A DNA stretch of 64,000 nucleotides from Nannocystales bacterium (GTDB lineage: Bacteria > Myxococcota_A > Polyangia > Nannocystales > Nannocystaceae): contig JBOEGF010000010.1 in the NCBI GenBank assembly GCA_050633305.1, positions 448,001-512,000 of the forward strand. The letters run 5' to 3'. Within the stretch, counting starts at the first letter, position 1; every line of letters begins with the position of its first letter. The translations under genes were made by a program, and so were the position numbers. Shown here piece after piece: positions 37,495 to 47,675 of this stretch. Below the pieces are notes generated by a model, which saw nothing but the letters and a program-made list of their open reading frames with translations, had not been told where the DNA came from and did not search any database.

Positions 37495-40274
37495 GCAGAG
37501 GCGTGCATACGAGAACGGGACCGGTGGTCCAGCTACGCAGGGTCGAGGGCGCGAACGACCCCACTTCGGCGCGGACGCTAGAGCCGCGACTGCTCGCCAC
37601 GAAGCTGTTCGTCCCGGTGACCCGTGCTGCGTGTGTGCCGCGGAAGCGATTGCAGGCCTTGCTCGACCAGGGCACCAAGGGTCCGCTCACGTTGTTGTCG
37701 GCTCCGGCGGGCAGCGGCAAGACAACGCTCGTCGCAAACTGGCTGCGCACCGCGGATCGGTCGGCCGCGTGGTTCTCGCTCGATGAGCGCGACAACGACC
37801 TGGCGCGGTTCTTGCGCTACTTCGTGGCCGCGATCGAACGACTCCATGGGGGCTTCGGTGACGACCTCTTGTCGGAACCCAAGGCCGCGTCCGTCGAGGA
37901 CCCGCTCGATCTCGCCACCGACCTGATCAACGAAGTTGCGTCGCTGGGGGTCCCACTGGTCGTCGTTCTCGATGATGTCCACGTGCTCGACGATCCCCGC
38001 GTGCACGAGGTCTTGGCGTTCTTGGTCGATGCGTGCCCGCCGAACCTGCACCTGGTGATGACCACCCGAGCCGACCCCGCGTTGCCGCTCAGCCGGATGC
38101 GCGCGCGAGGATTGCTCACCGAGGTCCGGGCGCCCGAGCTTCGGTTCACGCAGGATGAGACGAGCGCGTTCTTCGGGGATGTCATGGGCGTGGCGCTGAC
38201 GACTGAGCAAGTCAGCCAGCTCGAGTCCCGTACCGAGGGGTGGGCGGTCGGACTTCAGATGGCCGCGCTCTCGCTACAAGGCCGAGAAGACGCGAGTACG
38301 TTCATCGAGGGGTTCGCGGGAAGCCACCGCTACGTTCTCGACTACCTGATGGATGAGGTCCTGCAGAGGTTGCCGGAGGACAGCCGGACGTTCTTGGTGC
38401 AGACCTCGATCTTGCGGCAGCTCACCGGGCCGCTCGTGGACGCGGTGACGGAGCGAACCGACGGGGCCGCGGTTCTGAGCAGCCTGGAGCGCAGCAATGT
38501 GTTTACTGTGCCGCTCGACAGCCGGCGCACCGCGTACCGCTACCATCATCTTTTTGGCACGTTGCTTCGGCACGAACTCGAAGCCACGGTTTCGCGGGAG
38601 ACGCTTCAGGGCCTGCACGGGCGGGCGAGCCGTGCGCTGGAGGCTCAGGGACAGTGCGAAGACGCCGTCGAGCACGCCTTGCTCGCCGAGGACTATGACC
38701 GGGCGAGCGAGTTGTTGATCCCGCTCGTCATGAGCTCCACGATTCGCGGGGAGAGTCATGCGCTAGAGAGGCTTCTGGTTCGCTTCCCATCGGCATACTC
38801 CGATTCCAACCCGCGAGTTGCCCTCCTCGAAGCTTGGCTCGACTACTACTCGTTCAAGTACTCCTCGGCATCGGTTCGACTCCAGGACTTGCGGGATTGT
38901 CAGCGCGCAACGACCGGGCCCGGGCTCGACGCCGAGATCGAGCTGCTGATCGGCATGGTGGCGATGGAAGGTGGGGACCTCGAGCTCGCCGCGCAAGCCC
39001 TGCACCACATCGATGCGTTGCCTACGGACCGGCCGTACCTCCATGCGTTCAAGTCGATGCATCGCGCTGTGCTGGCGATGATGCAGGACCGACTGGGGGA
39101 CGCACGCACCGAGCTCGAACGCACGCGCCAAGCCGTCCGCAAGACCGGCGACCCGTACGCTGAGATGTGGGTGGACTGGCAGTGCGCCCACGTGGACCTG
39201 CTGCGCGGGGCGCTTGACGTGTCTCGTCGCGCCCACGAGATCTTGCTGCAGGTTGCGATGGATGAGTTCGGCGGGGCCCCTCCCAGCAGCGCACTTGTGG
39301 GTTTCGGGACCGCGATCTACTTGGCCCTCCACCAACACGACATTCCGAGGGCAACCGAGTTGGTGGCGACGGCCACTGCGTTCGGCAAGGGCCTCGATCG
39401 CAAGCACGGCTACGCATCCTGCCTGCTGATGCCGCGGGCGCTGACGGAGGTTCAGTCGGGCAAAGGCGGGGATTGGCAGGGGACGATCGACCAAGCGATT
39501 CGGCACCTCGATGCGCTGGACTCTCCAATGTCCGTCTCGCGGATCGAGGCCCAGCGGGTCCGGTTGGCTCTTCATCCTCGGGCGGGCGTCGAGCCGAAGC
39601 AGGACGCTGAGCGTTGGCTCCGGGTCCCCGGGATTCGGGAGGGAAGCCACGAGGTCTACAAGCCGAACCCGATGCCCGGTGTTCAAGTGGACCACCCTCG
39701 CTTCGTGCTCGCGCGTTGCCTGGCCGTACTGGGCGAGTTTGATGAAGCTCTCGAAGCGGTCGACGACTGCATCGCCCGTTCGTCGGCAGCTGGGCGGCGA
39801 ACCTGCGAGGTTGAAGGGGAACTCCTGCGCGCCGAGATTCACGTGTTTCAGGGGGCGGTGCCCGACCTTCAGCGTGCGGTCGAACTCGCCGCGGCGGTCG
39901 GCTTGGTCGGGCCGTTTGTGGAGTTTGAGCGGACCGTCATGTCGCCCGCGATCGAGGAAGCGGAGCGACAAGGTGCTCGCACCTTCGCTGCACAGCTTCG
40001 TGCTGCCCAGTGCCCGGGCGTCGGTCCCTCTGCCACCACTCGGATCGAGATCAAACCCGAGGTTGCGGCACCGGCCGAGGCGCTCTCGGAGCGCGAGTTG
40101 GAGGTGCTTGGGTTGATCGCGGTGGGGATGTCCAACGCAGAGGCGTCTCGCAAACTCTTCATCGCCCCCAGTACCGTCAAGAAACACCTCGAGCACATCT
40201 ACGGAAAGCTCGGGGTCAACCGCCGGACACAAGCGGTGGCGAGAGCTCGGGCGCTGGGCGTGCTCGAGGGGTGA
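37491..40274 (+). CDS. MalT-like ATP-dependent LuxR regulator (STAND)
   Basis: [43 protein letters not shown] and C-terminal LuxR HTH. Confidence 0.95.
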   Translation: MSRGVHTRTGPVVQLRRVEGANDPTSARTLEPRLLATKLFVPVTRAACVPRKRLQALLDQGTKGPLTLLSAPAGSGKTTLVANWLRTADRSAAWFSLDERDNDLARFLRYFVAAIERLHGGFGDDLLSEPKAASVEDPLDLATDLINEVASLGVPLVVVLDDVHVLDDPRVHEVLAFLVDACPPNLHLVMTTRADPALPLSRMRARGLLTEVRAPELRFTQDETSAFFGDVMGVALTTEQVSQLESRTEGWAVGLQMAALSLQGREDASTFIEGFAGSHRYVLDYLMDEVLQRLPEDSRTFLVQTSILRQLTGPLVDAVTERTDGAAVLSSLERSNVFTVPLDSRRTAYRYHHLFGTLLRHELEATVSRETLQGLHGRASRALEAQGQCEDAVEHALLAEDYDRASELLIPLVMSSTIRGESHALERLLVRFPSAYSDSNPRVALLEAWLDYYSFKYSSASVRLQDLRDCQRATTGPGLDAEIELLIGMVAMEGGDLELAAQALHHIDALPTDRPYLHAFKSMHRAVLAMMQDRLGDARTELERTRQAVRKTGDPYAEMWVDWQCAHVDLLRGALDVSRRAHEILLQVAMDEFGGAPPSSALVGFGTAIYLALHQHDIPRATELVATATAFGKGLDRKHGYASCLLMPRALTEVQSGKGGDWQGTIDQAIRHLDALDSPMSVSRIEAQRVRLALHPRAGVEPKQDAERWLRVPGIREGSHEVYKPNPMPGVQVDHPRFVLARCLAVLGEFDEALEAVDDCIARSSAAGRRTCEVEGELLRAEIHVFQGAVPDLQRAVELAAAVGLVGPFVEFERTVMSPAIEEAERQGARTFAAQLRAAQCPGVGPSATTRIEIKPEVAAPAEALSERELEVLGLIAVGMSNAEASRKLFIAPSTVKKHLEHIYGKLGVNRRTQAVARARALGVLEG

Positions 40275-40292
40275 GTGTCCCCGGGCCTCGGT

Positions 40293-40982
40293 TCAGCTGC
40301 GAGAATCCTTCTCGTCGATGCCGCTGAGCCCGAAGCGTCGGGCGAACTCGGCGGCCACATCGGCCCACTGCGCGTCTCGTGCGGCGAGTCCGACCATCGT
40401 GTGGAAAACCAGGTCTGCGGCTTCGGACACGACGCGATCTGCCGTTTCTCCACGCATCGCGGCAATCAGCTCTTCGGCCTCTTCGGTGACCTTGGACGCG
40501 ATCTTCTCCACACCTTTGTCGAGAAGCGACCGGACGTAACTCTTCCCCTCCTTGTTTGTCGCGCCGCGCCCCGCTTTGCGGTCGAGAATGACCGCAAACA
40601 CGCGTTCGAGGGCGTTGCCGCGCGGCCCATCATCATTGGCCCCTTCGGGGAGAACCGGCGCAAAGAAGCAGCTGGTCGTCCCGGTGTGGCACGTCGGCCC
40701 CCGAGGCAGGGCGAGCGCCAGCAAGGCATCGCGGTCGCAGTCGGTCCGGAGCTCGACGAGCTCCAGCGTGTTGCCCGAACTCTCTCCCTTCTCCCAGAGC
40801 GTCTGCCTGGACCGACTGAAGAACGTCACGTGGCCGCTTCGAGCACTGGCGGCCACGGCCTCTGCATTCATGTAACCGACCATGAGAACTTGGCCCGAAC
40901 GCGCGTGCTGCACCACGCAGACCACGAGGCCACGCTCGTCGGGCTTGAGGCTGGACCACACGGCGTCGGCGTCAAACGACAT
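40293..40982 (-). CDS. hisIE: Bifunctional phosphoribosyl-AMP cyclohydrolase / phosphoribosyl-ATP pyrophosphatase
   Basis: FSRSRQTLWEKGESSGN, DCDRD, TCHTGTTSCF, KVTEEAEE, EAADLVFH. Confidence 0.96.
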   Translation of the reverse strand: MSFDADAVWSSLKPDERGLVVCVVQHARSGQVLMVGYMNAEAVAASARSGHVTFFSRSRQTLWEKGESSGNTLELVELRTDCDRDALLALALPRGPTCHTGTTSCFFAPVLPEGANDDGPRGNALERVFAVILDRKAGRGATNKEGKSYVRSLLDKGVEKIASKVTEEAEELIAAMRGETADRVVSEAADLVFHTMVGLAARDAQWADVAAEFARRFGLSGIDEKDSRS

Positions 40983-41077
40983 GCTGCGCGTTGTACCGCG
41001 GGCCGTGTGGCCGCGGGGGCTGAAGGGTGCAGCGGGCCGGGACGAAAACCAGGCCGAGCTTGGTACTCTGAGTTCAC

Positions 41078-42037
41078 GTGAGCCTGGGCGCAAGCGGTGG
41101 GGTGTCGGTCCGGGCGGGACCGTCGGCCAAGGTGAAGAGCCGGAGGGTCCGGGTGCGACGCGAGCGGGTGCGCGACGATGAGGACGATGAGGTCGTCCGG
41201 GCGACAGGTGCGATCTTGTGCTCCGAATGCGGTCGGTTGGGCTGGCCGGACTCCGGCGCCGCGTCGCCGCACCGCGCATCGGACCACGCTCCGCAACGGG
41301 CCGAGTGCCCGCACTGCCAGTCTCAGGCGTGGATCGACCTACGGCGGGAGTCGACGGCGATCGCGATTCGCGAAGGCGAGCAAGGTTTGGCCGCCGCAGA
41401 GTCGGCATCGGTGGATATCTTGCGCAAGGCGAGCCTGGGCGTCGTCGTCGGCTCGTTTGTCGGCATTTTGGCGACGAGCTCCTTGTTGGCCGGACTGTGC
41501 TCCGCCCTCCTGGCGGGGATTGCAGGTGGGCTGGCGGGCGTCCGCCTCCGAAAGATGTCCGCGCCACCCGAGCGGACGCTGCCCGATCGGTGGTCCCTTG
41601 CCCTGCCGCCCGCAACGGAGGGCACGACCACGGTCGAAGGCGAGGCCTCGGACGTCGAGTTTTTGCGAAGCCCGATCTCGGGCCGGGCCTGTGTCGCGTA
41701 TGAGGTCGGCTTGCGCGCAGACCTCAACGGCGCCGGTGAGTTGCCGACGTGGGCTCTGCTCGAGCAGGGCGTCGCGTCGATGAGCATCTCGGGGACGGTT
41801 GTAGACCCAGCCGCGACCTTCGTTGAACTCCAGCGAGAACCGCTTGGAGAACTCGCTCCCGACGCCTTGGATGCCGCGGCCTTGGAGTGGCTGCTCGAGC
41901 GGGGATTCAGTCCGGTAGGGTCGAATCTGGTCGTGTTCGAGTCGGTGCTTTTGCCGGAGGGAAGGCTGTCCTTGTCTCTGTCACCGCAGGGCGCCGTGTT
42001 GCGGGCTGCGAGCACGGCGCTGCAGCGGCAGCAGTAG
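41078..42037 (+). CDS. Membrane protein with Zn-ribbon (CSEC...CPHC), two TMs and GIDE-like C-terminus
   Basis: CxxC pairs, hydrophobic helices, LRSPISGRACVAYEV motif. Confidence 0.65.
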   Translation: MSLGASGGVSVRAGPSAKVKSRRVRVRRERVRDDEDDEVVRATGAILCSECGRLGWPDSGAASPHRASDHAPQRAECPHCQSQAWIDLRRESTAIAIREGEQGLAAAESASVDILRKASLGVVVGSFVGILATSSLLAGLCSALLAGIAGGLAGVRLRKMSAPPERTLPDRWSLALPPATEGTTTVEGEASDVEFLRSPISGRACVAYEVGLRADLNGAGELPTWALLEQGVASMSISGTVVDPAATFVELQREPLGELAPDALDAAALEWLLERGFSPVGSNLVVFESVLLPEGRLSLSLSPQGAVLRAASTALQRQQ

Positions 42038-42050
42038 CCCCGGGAGAGGC

Positions 42051-44318
42051 TCAGGACTGCGAGTCCGGTGTCGGACGGGGCTCGACGAGCAGTGGACCGG
42101 TGAGACGGTATCCATCGCCGCTGCGTTCCAGCTGCTCGTGCAGGCCGGACTTCCGCAGTCGGGAAAGCTCCACGTTGAGGCGATTGCGCGAGGCTGTGTC
42201 GACGCGTTTACGGTCCGGCCAGCCCACGAGGATCAAGGCGTCCCGGTGTACGGTCGCTGTCGAGCCACGCTCAAATGCTTCGACAAGCGCAGCGAGGATG
42301 TTGCGGGCGGCGTCGGAGCGAACCTCGGCCCGGCCTCGGGTGGGGTGCTCGACGACGCTGCCGTCCTCGCGGATGGAAACTCGGGTTTGTGTACGCCGCT
42401 GTATCGCTGCGACCACACGCTGCGCGTATCGGGCCTCGTCCGACCGTGTCGTGGGCTCAGGAGGTGGGGACCCGGCCAGAAACGCAGCGTAGAGATCGAG
42501 GGTCTCGGTGGCCTGGAGGTCACCGGAGTCCACGGACTGTCGAGCCTTCTGCAGCTCGAGCCAAGCCGTGCCGGGGTCTCCGCCCTCGCTGGAACAGATG
42601 CCAAGCAGTGCGTGGGTCAGACCGATCTGACGCCGGTCGCCGATGTGCTGCAGGGCGTGGAGGGCCCGGCATAGGACCCGCCCCGCCGCTCCGATGCGGC
42701 CGCGCTCGAGAAGCAGCGCGCCCAGGTCGAAGCTGGCGATGGCGGCGAAGCGGCTGGCGCCCGAGGCTTGGTGATCGCGCAGGGCCAGGGAGAACGCGTG
42801 CTCGGCCGCAGCGAGGTCGCCACGCTCCTGGGCGAGCAGCCCCCGAAGGTGCCGAGCGCGGGCGACCCCGGCGATGTCGCACAATCTCTGGAACAGGTCT
42901 TCGGCTCGTTGGAGGTGCCGCTCTGCGACCGCGAGCGACCCCTGCTCGAATTCCAGTCCTCCCAGATGCTCCAGTGCTCGGGCGCGTGTCGAATCGGGAG
43001 CGGTGTCCGTGTCGATGATGCGCTCAAACATTGCGCGCGCACGCTGGACCTCGTCGGCGTGGCGCCAGGCGGTGGCGAGTGCACAGGCAAGCTCGGCCTT
43101 CAGCTCGGGGTCGGTCGCGTCGTCGTGCCCGGCTTCGAGTTCTTCGAGTCCACGCGCGGGCTCCCCCGCGATCCGGGCGAGGTTGCCGAACGCGAGGCGT
43201 TGCCGTGCCGTCGGCTGCTCTGGCCACAGTCGGTTCAGCGCCGTGAGAGCCCGACGCGCCGATCCGCTGTACGCTAGGGCGGGAGCGGCGCAGACCCATA
43301 GCGCCAAGGCTTCCGTGCGGTCTGTCGTGGAGTCCGCCGCCGCGGCAAGTTCCCGCCATGGGGGGTGCTCCGGGTGAGCCTCGGCGCGAGCGAGGAAGAA
43401 GGCCCGATGGCGGCGCTGCGAGGCTGAGTCGGGAGCGGTGTCGAGCGCGAAGTCCCGCAGCAGAGGCACGACTTCCAGCCGCTTCCTCCTGTCGACAACC
43501 CGGCTGCGAACCGCCGAGTGGGCGAATAGAGCCTCCAAGACCGTTGCATCGACCTTGGAAACCGCTGCGATGTCTTCGGGGAGCGCGGGCTCGGCGAACA
43601 CAGCGAGCGCCGAGGCGGAATCCCGCAGGCTCGTCGGGAGGGTTGTCCACCCCTCGTCTGCGGCATCACGCAGCGTTCCGGCGGCCGTCGGCAGGTCGAG
43701 GCGCCCCGCCGCGTGGGACACCGATGTAAACAAGGTGTCGGGATCCAAGACGAGCGCACGCCGGGCCAGTCCGAGGATTGCGAGGGGATTCCCCCCGAGG
43801 TCTTGCAGTGCTCGTGCAAGCCCGGCGCGGTGGGCACGGGTGTCGAACGGGGTCCCCACGTTGTGCAGGAATTGCTCGAACAACGCCGTCGCTGTGCCGA
43901 ACTCGAGCGGGGGCATCCAGAACGTCGTGTCGCAGTGTGGTCCAAGCCTGATCCGGCTGGTCACCAGTGCACGGCGAGTCTCGTGGACGCCAAGCCACCG
44001 TGGCAGCAGGGCCCGAACCGCGTCGGGGGCTCGGTCGGCGGAATCGATGACGAGCAAAGGGTGCTCGTGGACGGGGAGCGCCCCGAGCTTCGTCTCAAAG
44101 CTCTCGGTCGTCTCTTGCACCTCGAGTTGCACATGGACGGAAGGCGGTGGACCAGCCTCGACACCGGCTTCTCGAGCGAGTCGGGTCTTGCCGCTGCCGA
44201 CCGGCCCCACGATGGTGACCCAGCGTGACTGTGCCAAGGTCTCGGCGACGCCATCGACCCACGCTCGTGGGCCCGTCCAGGGGCACGGCGGTGGAGACAG
44301 CTGATCAGAGCGCAGCAT
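42051..44318 (-). CDS. P-loop ATPase-TPR-winged-helix regulator (STAND-like)
   Basis: GPVGSGKTRLA, LLVID, LVTSR, GGNPLAI, TPRs, C-terminal NRLNVELSRLRK...GDGYRL. Confidence 0.8.
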   Translation of the reverse strand: MLRSDQLSPPPCPWTGPRAWVDGVAETLAQSRWVTIVGPVGSGKTRLAREAGVEAGPPPSVHVQLEVQETTESFETKLGALPVHEHPLLVIDSADRAPDAVRALLPRWLGVHETRRALVTSRIRLGPHCDTTFWMPPLEFGTATALFEQFLHNVGTPFDTRAHRAGLARALQDLGGNPLAILGLARRALVLDPDTLFTSVSHAAGRLDLPTAAGTLRDAADEGWTTLPTSLRDSASALAVFAEPALPEDIAAVSKVDATVLEALFAHSAVRSRVVDRRKRLEVVPLLRDFALDTAPDSASQRRHRAFFLARAEAHPEHPPWRELAAAADSTTDRTEALALWVCAAPALAYSGSARRALTALNRLWPEQPTARQRLAFGNLARIAGEPARGLEELEAGHDDATDPELKAELACALATAWRHADEVQRARAMFERIIDTDTAPDSTRARALEHLGGLEFEQGSLAVAERHLQRAEDLFQRLCDIAGVARARHLRGLLAQERGDLAAAEHAFSLALRDHQASGASRFAAIASFDLGALLLERGRIGAAGRVLCRALHALQHIGDRRQIGLTHALLGICSSEGGDPGTAWLELQKARQSVDSGDLQATETLDLYAAFLAGSPPPEPTTRSDEARYAQRVVAAIQRRTQTRVSIREDGSVVEHPTRGRAEVRSDAARNILAALVEAFERGSTATVHRDALILVGWPDRKRVDTASRNRLNVELSRLRKSGLHEQLERSGDGYRLTGPLLVEPRPTPDSQS

Positions 44319-44328
44319 CGAACCTCAA

Positions 44329-44868
44329 CTACATCACACCCTCGTACTCGATGGTCAGGATGGACTGTTCATGGTCCGAATCCGCCACCAGCACACGACC
44401 CCGGTACAGCGCGCCTGCGCTCGTTCTCAGCAGCAACCCCGTGTTGGCGAAGTCGGCGTTCCCGGTTCCGATGAGGCCGAAGAGAGCGGTGTGATCCCAG
44501 CAACCCCCGATCTCACAGTCGCAGATCGACGCGTCGGTGGGGACGTCGTCCAGATGCTCGAATGGCTCCGAGAGTAGACAAACCAGGGGCTCGTCCAACT
44601 CGGACTGGAGCACGAGGTACCGGCCGATGCTCGCCCGAACACGCCCCTCGCCGAGGGACGCCGGAGGATGCGACGGCGTCTCGACCGCGACACTGGCGTG
44701 CTCGAGGTTGAGCACGGCGTGTTCATCCCAGTTTGGAAGCAGGGTCACCTCGCAAACCTCCGCCCAGGGATCACACCCCGGCTCCTCGACCGACTCTTCC
44801 GTCTCGACCGCGGGACCACACGCTGTGAGCGCCACCAGGAGGAAGGAAAGGCCGGTCGTTCTGTTCAT
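44329..44868 (-). CDS. Lipoprotein
   Basis: Lipobox VALTAC. Confidence 0.7.
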   Translation of the reverse strand: MNRTTGLSFLLVALTACGPAVETEESVEEPGCDPWAEVCEVTLLPNWDEHAVLNLEHASVAVETPSHPPASLGEGRVRASIGRYLVLQSELDEPLVCLLSEPFEHLDDVPTDASICDCEIGGCWDHTALFGLIGTGNADFANTGLLLRTSAGALYRGRVLVADSDHEQSILTIEYEGVM

Positions 44869-44958
44869 GACGGCACTGGACCACGTTGCCGCTTAACAGG
44901 GGCCTTAAAGCGCTGACAAGGGCATCGCCGTTTTCGATGCAGTCCGACAGGCGGGTCC

Positions 44959-45005
44959 CGACCCCCATCATGGGGGTCGTCATGGGGGGCGTCATGGGGG
45001 TCGTC
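44959..45005. repeat. Three 12-bp tandem repeats (TCATGGGGG[T/G]CG) plus a 10-bp inverted copy
   Basis: Units at 44968, 44980 and 44992; palindrome CGACCCCCAT-c-ATGGGGGTCG at 44959-44979. Confidence 0.85.
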
Positions 45006-45037
45006 GAGGTGGCACCAACCGGATGGGCCGCGCCGCG

Positions 45038-45826
45038 CTACTTCGAGGGGCGAACGGGGATGTTGTGCTCGTTGAGGTAGCCCTTGGCTTGCCCAATCGA
45101 GTACAGCCCGAAGTGGAAGATCGACGCTGCGAGGGCCGCATCGGCTTCGCCCTCACCCGTTGCGAGGCCTTGCCGAAGGTGTTCGAGCGAGCCCACGCCT
45201 CCGCTTGCGATGACGGGTACGTCTACCGAACGCGAGACGGTGCGGGTGATCCACAGGTCGTAGCCCTCGCGGCTTCCATCGCGATCCATGCTGGTCAGCA
45301 GGATCTCTCCGACGCCCAAGTCGGCCAACGTCTTGCACCACTGGATCGCTTCGAGGCCGGTACCCCGGGTTCCGCCGTACGCGACGACTTCGTAGACTGG
45401 ACCCTCATCTTGGGGGATGGGGGGCAGGCGGCGAACGTCGACGGCGCCGACGATGCATTGCGAGCCGTAGCGCTTGGCGAGGTCCGCGATGAGCAGTGGG
45501 TTGGTGACCGCGGCCGAGTTGACGGCCACCTTGTCGGCACCCGCGGCGAGCATGCGGTCCACGTCGCTGGCGCGTCGGACACCGCCGCCCACGGTCACTG
45601 GGACGAACAGGGACGGAGTCACGCGCCGGATCACGTCGATGAAGGCGGTTCGGCCTTCCGTGGTGGCGGTGATGTCGAGCATGCACAGCTCGTCGGCACC
45701 TTGTTTGTCGTAAGCACGAGCGGCTTCGATGGGGTCGCCTGCGTCTCGCAGCCCGCCAAAGTGCACGCCTTTGACCACGCGGCCGTTCTTGATGTCCAGA
45801 CAGGGAATGATGCGTCGCTTCAACAT
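45038..45826 (-). CDS. hisF: Imidazole glycerol phosphate synthase cyclase subunit
   Basis: [35 protein letters not shown]. Confidence 0.98.
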   Translation of the reverse strand: MLKRRIIPCLDIKNGRVVKGVHFGGLRDAGDPIEAARAYDKQGADELCMLDITATTEGRTAFIDVIRRVTPSLFVPVTVGGGVRRASDVDRMLAAGADKVAVNSAAVTNPLLIADLAKRYGSQCIVGAVDVRRLPPIPQDEGPVYEVVAYGGTRGTGLEAIQWCKTLADLGVGEILLTSMDRDGSREGYDLWITRTVSRSVDVPVIASGGVGSLEHLRQGLATGEGEADAALAASIFHFGLYSIGQAKGYLNEHNIPVRPSK

Positions 45827-46539
45827 CGGCTCAGCGCCTCCTCGACGGTAAAAGCGCCCTCATAAAGGGCGCGTCCCAGCACGACCCCAGCAATGTCGGC
45901 GCGGGCGCAAGCTTCGATGTGATCGAGGCTGCCCACGCCGCCGCTGGCGTACACTGGGATGGAAACTTCTTTTTGGATGGATGCGGTGCCATCGACGGCG
46001 GGACCGCCTTGCATGCCATCGCGGGACACGTCGGTGTGCAGCACGGCTGCGGCGCCCCAACGTGCGGCAGTTTGTGCGAGCTGAAGGGCTGTGACCTCGC
46101 TCTTCTCGGTCCAGCCTTCGAGGGCCACCATGCCGTCGCGAGCGTCCGCCGCGACGACGATGCGGTCCGCGTGCTTTTGGCACAGCGCCTCGACCGTGGT
46201 GGGGTCCTTGATGGCAAGGGTTCCGAGGACAACGCGATCGACACCGGCATCGATGAGCGCATCGACCGTCGCAGCATCACGAATGCCTCCGCCGGTTTGG
46301 ACGCGGACGTCGTGTTCGGCGGCCGCACGGCAGATGTCGACGACGATCTTGCGATGCGTGGGGTTGCCTTCGAAAGCGCCGTCGAGGTCGACGACGTGAA
46401 TGCAGCCCGCGCCCGCGCGCGCAAATCCCTGAGCCAACCCGACGGGATCGTCGGAGTAGGTCGTGACGCGGTCGCGCTCACCTTGAGCCAGTCGCACCGC
46501 TTTTCCGCCCATCAGGTCGATGGCCGGAATGAGGATCAT
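45820..46539 (-). CDS. hisA: ProFAR isomerase
   Basis: [35 protein letters not shown]. Confidence 0.97.
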   Translation of the reverse strand: MILIPAIDLMGGKAVRLAQGERDRVTTYSDDPVGLAQGFARAGAGCIHVVDLDGAFEGNPTHRKIVVDICRAAAEHDVRVQTGGGIRDAATVDALIDAGVDRVVLGTLAIKDPTTVEALCQKHADRIVVAADARDGMVALEGWTEKSEVTALQLAQTAARWGAAAVLHTDVSRDGMQGGPAVDGTASIQKEVSIPVYASGGVGSLDHIEACARADIAGVVLGRALYEGAFTVEEALSRC

Positions 46540-47426
46540 CCCCCGCCCCCGAGCAGGAAGGCGCGAAGGAACTTGAGGCCCGATCGCTGACTCTTCTCGG
46601 GGTGGAACTGGCAGCCAAGGACGTTGCCGCGCCGCACTGCAGCTGGGAAACGAATGCCGCCGTACGTCGTCATCCACATGACGTCGTCGTTGTTTTCGCA
46701 GGCGACGTAGTAGCTGTGAACGAAGTAGTAGTGCTCGTTGGTCGGCTCGACCTGGTTCCAACCCATGTGTGGGACCTTGAGCCGTCGGACGAGACGCTGT
46801 GGCTTTGCGGGCTCGACGATCGGAGCCGGAGCTGGCTCGATGATTGGAGCAGGAGCAGGAGCCGCGACGGGGGGTGGTGCGGCAGTCGGGGCCGCGAATC
46901 CGGGGAGCTGTCCCTGGTCGTGCCCAGAGAGCGGCTGTTGAGCCGGTGCGGGGGGTGGGGGCGCGGGCGTCGGGGTGGCCGCCGGGAGATCTGTCGCGAC
47001 GGTCTGAGCGTGGCTGGTGTCGGCTCTCGGGTCGGCGGCTGCGGGTGCGACCTCTTGGGCGCCTGACTCAGCGGGCATCTCCATTCCATCAGGGAAACGC
47101 CGGCATCGGCCAGGAAGGATCCCGAGCCCTTTTTGCCCCTCGTTTTCCTCACTGCTCTGAAAAAGCAGCTGCATGCCGAGGCAGATCCCCAAGAAGGGAT
47201 CACCGCGCTCGATGACCATGCGCAGGGCATTGCCCATCCTGCCTTCGACAAGCTTCTGGGTTTTTGCGCCAAATGCGCCCTGGCCGGGGAAGACGACACA
47301 GCGGGACATGGCGACTTCGTCTGCGTTCCGCGTGACATTCACGGCTCCACCGACTTGGATGAGAGCGCGTTCCACGCTAGCGATGTTGCCGAGCCCGGCG
47401 TCGACGAGGGTGACTTCGCGCGCCAT
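46536..47426 (-). CDS. hisH: IGP synthase glutamine amidotransferase with a 101-aa insertion
   Basis: GNIASV, PGQGAF, GICLGMQ, KVPHMGWN, YFVHSY, QFHPEKS. Confidence 0.95.
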   Translation of the reverse strand: MAREVTLVDAGLGNIASVERALIQVGGAVNVTRNADEVAMSRCVVFPGQGAFGAKTQKLVEGRMGNALRMVIERGDPFLGICLGMQLLFQSSEENEGQKGLGILPGRCRRFPDGMEMPAESGAQEVAPAAADPRADTSHAQTVATDLPAATPTPAPPPPAPAQQPLSGHDQGQLPGFAAPTAAPPPVAAPAPAPIIEPAPAPIVEPAKPQRLVRRLKVPHMGWNQVEPTNEHYYFVHSYYVACENNDDVMWMTTYGGIRFPAAVRRGNVLGCQFHPEKSQRSGLKFLRAFLLGGGG

Positions 47427-47562
47427 GAAGGCCGCATGAATACCACAAACGGCCCCGCCCGCAGAATCGGCGCGCGATCCCCCCTGTACGGGCTTTCACC
47501 TGAGGGTGACCTTCGGTGACACGCCTGTGGGGGGCAGGCTCGGCGCGCTCGGTTCCGTCCGC

Positions 47563-47579
47563 TCTGTGAAGGATTGTTA
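47563..47579 (+). promoter_or_regulatory. Putative OmpR-family binding box, copy 1
   Basis: TCTGTGAAGGATTGTTA; 15/17 identical to 49813-49829. Confidence 0.6.
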
Positions 47580-47675
47580 GCGGATGGCCAACGATTGTTT
47601 GGCCCGCCGAGTGCCGAGCCGACCGACGCGTACTCTGCCACGGCGCACCGTGTAGGGTACCGGGCGGATCGAGTC

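Noticed and set aside
46782..47084. HisH insert as an intein or intron
   Set aside because: No Cys/Ser start or His-Asn end and no splicing motifs; it is simple low-complexity sequence in frame.
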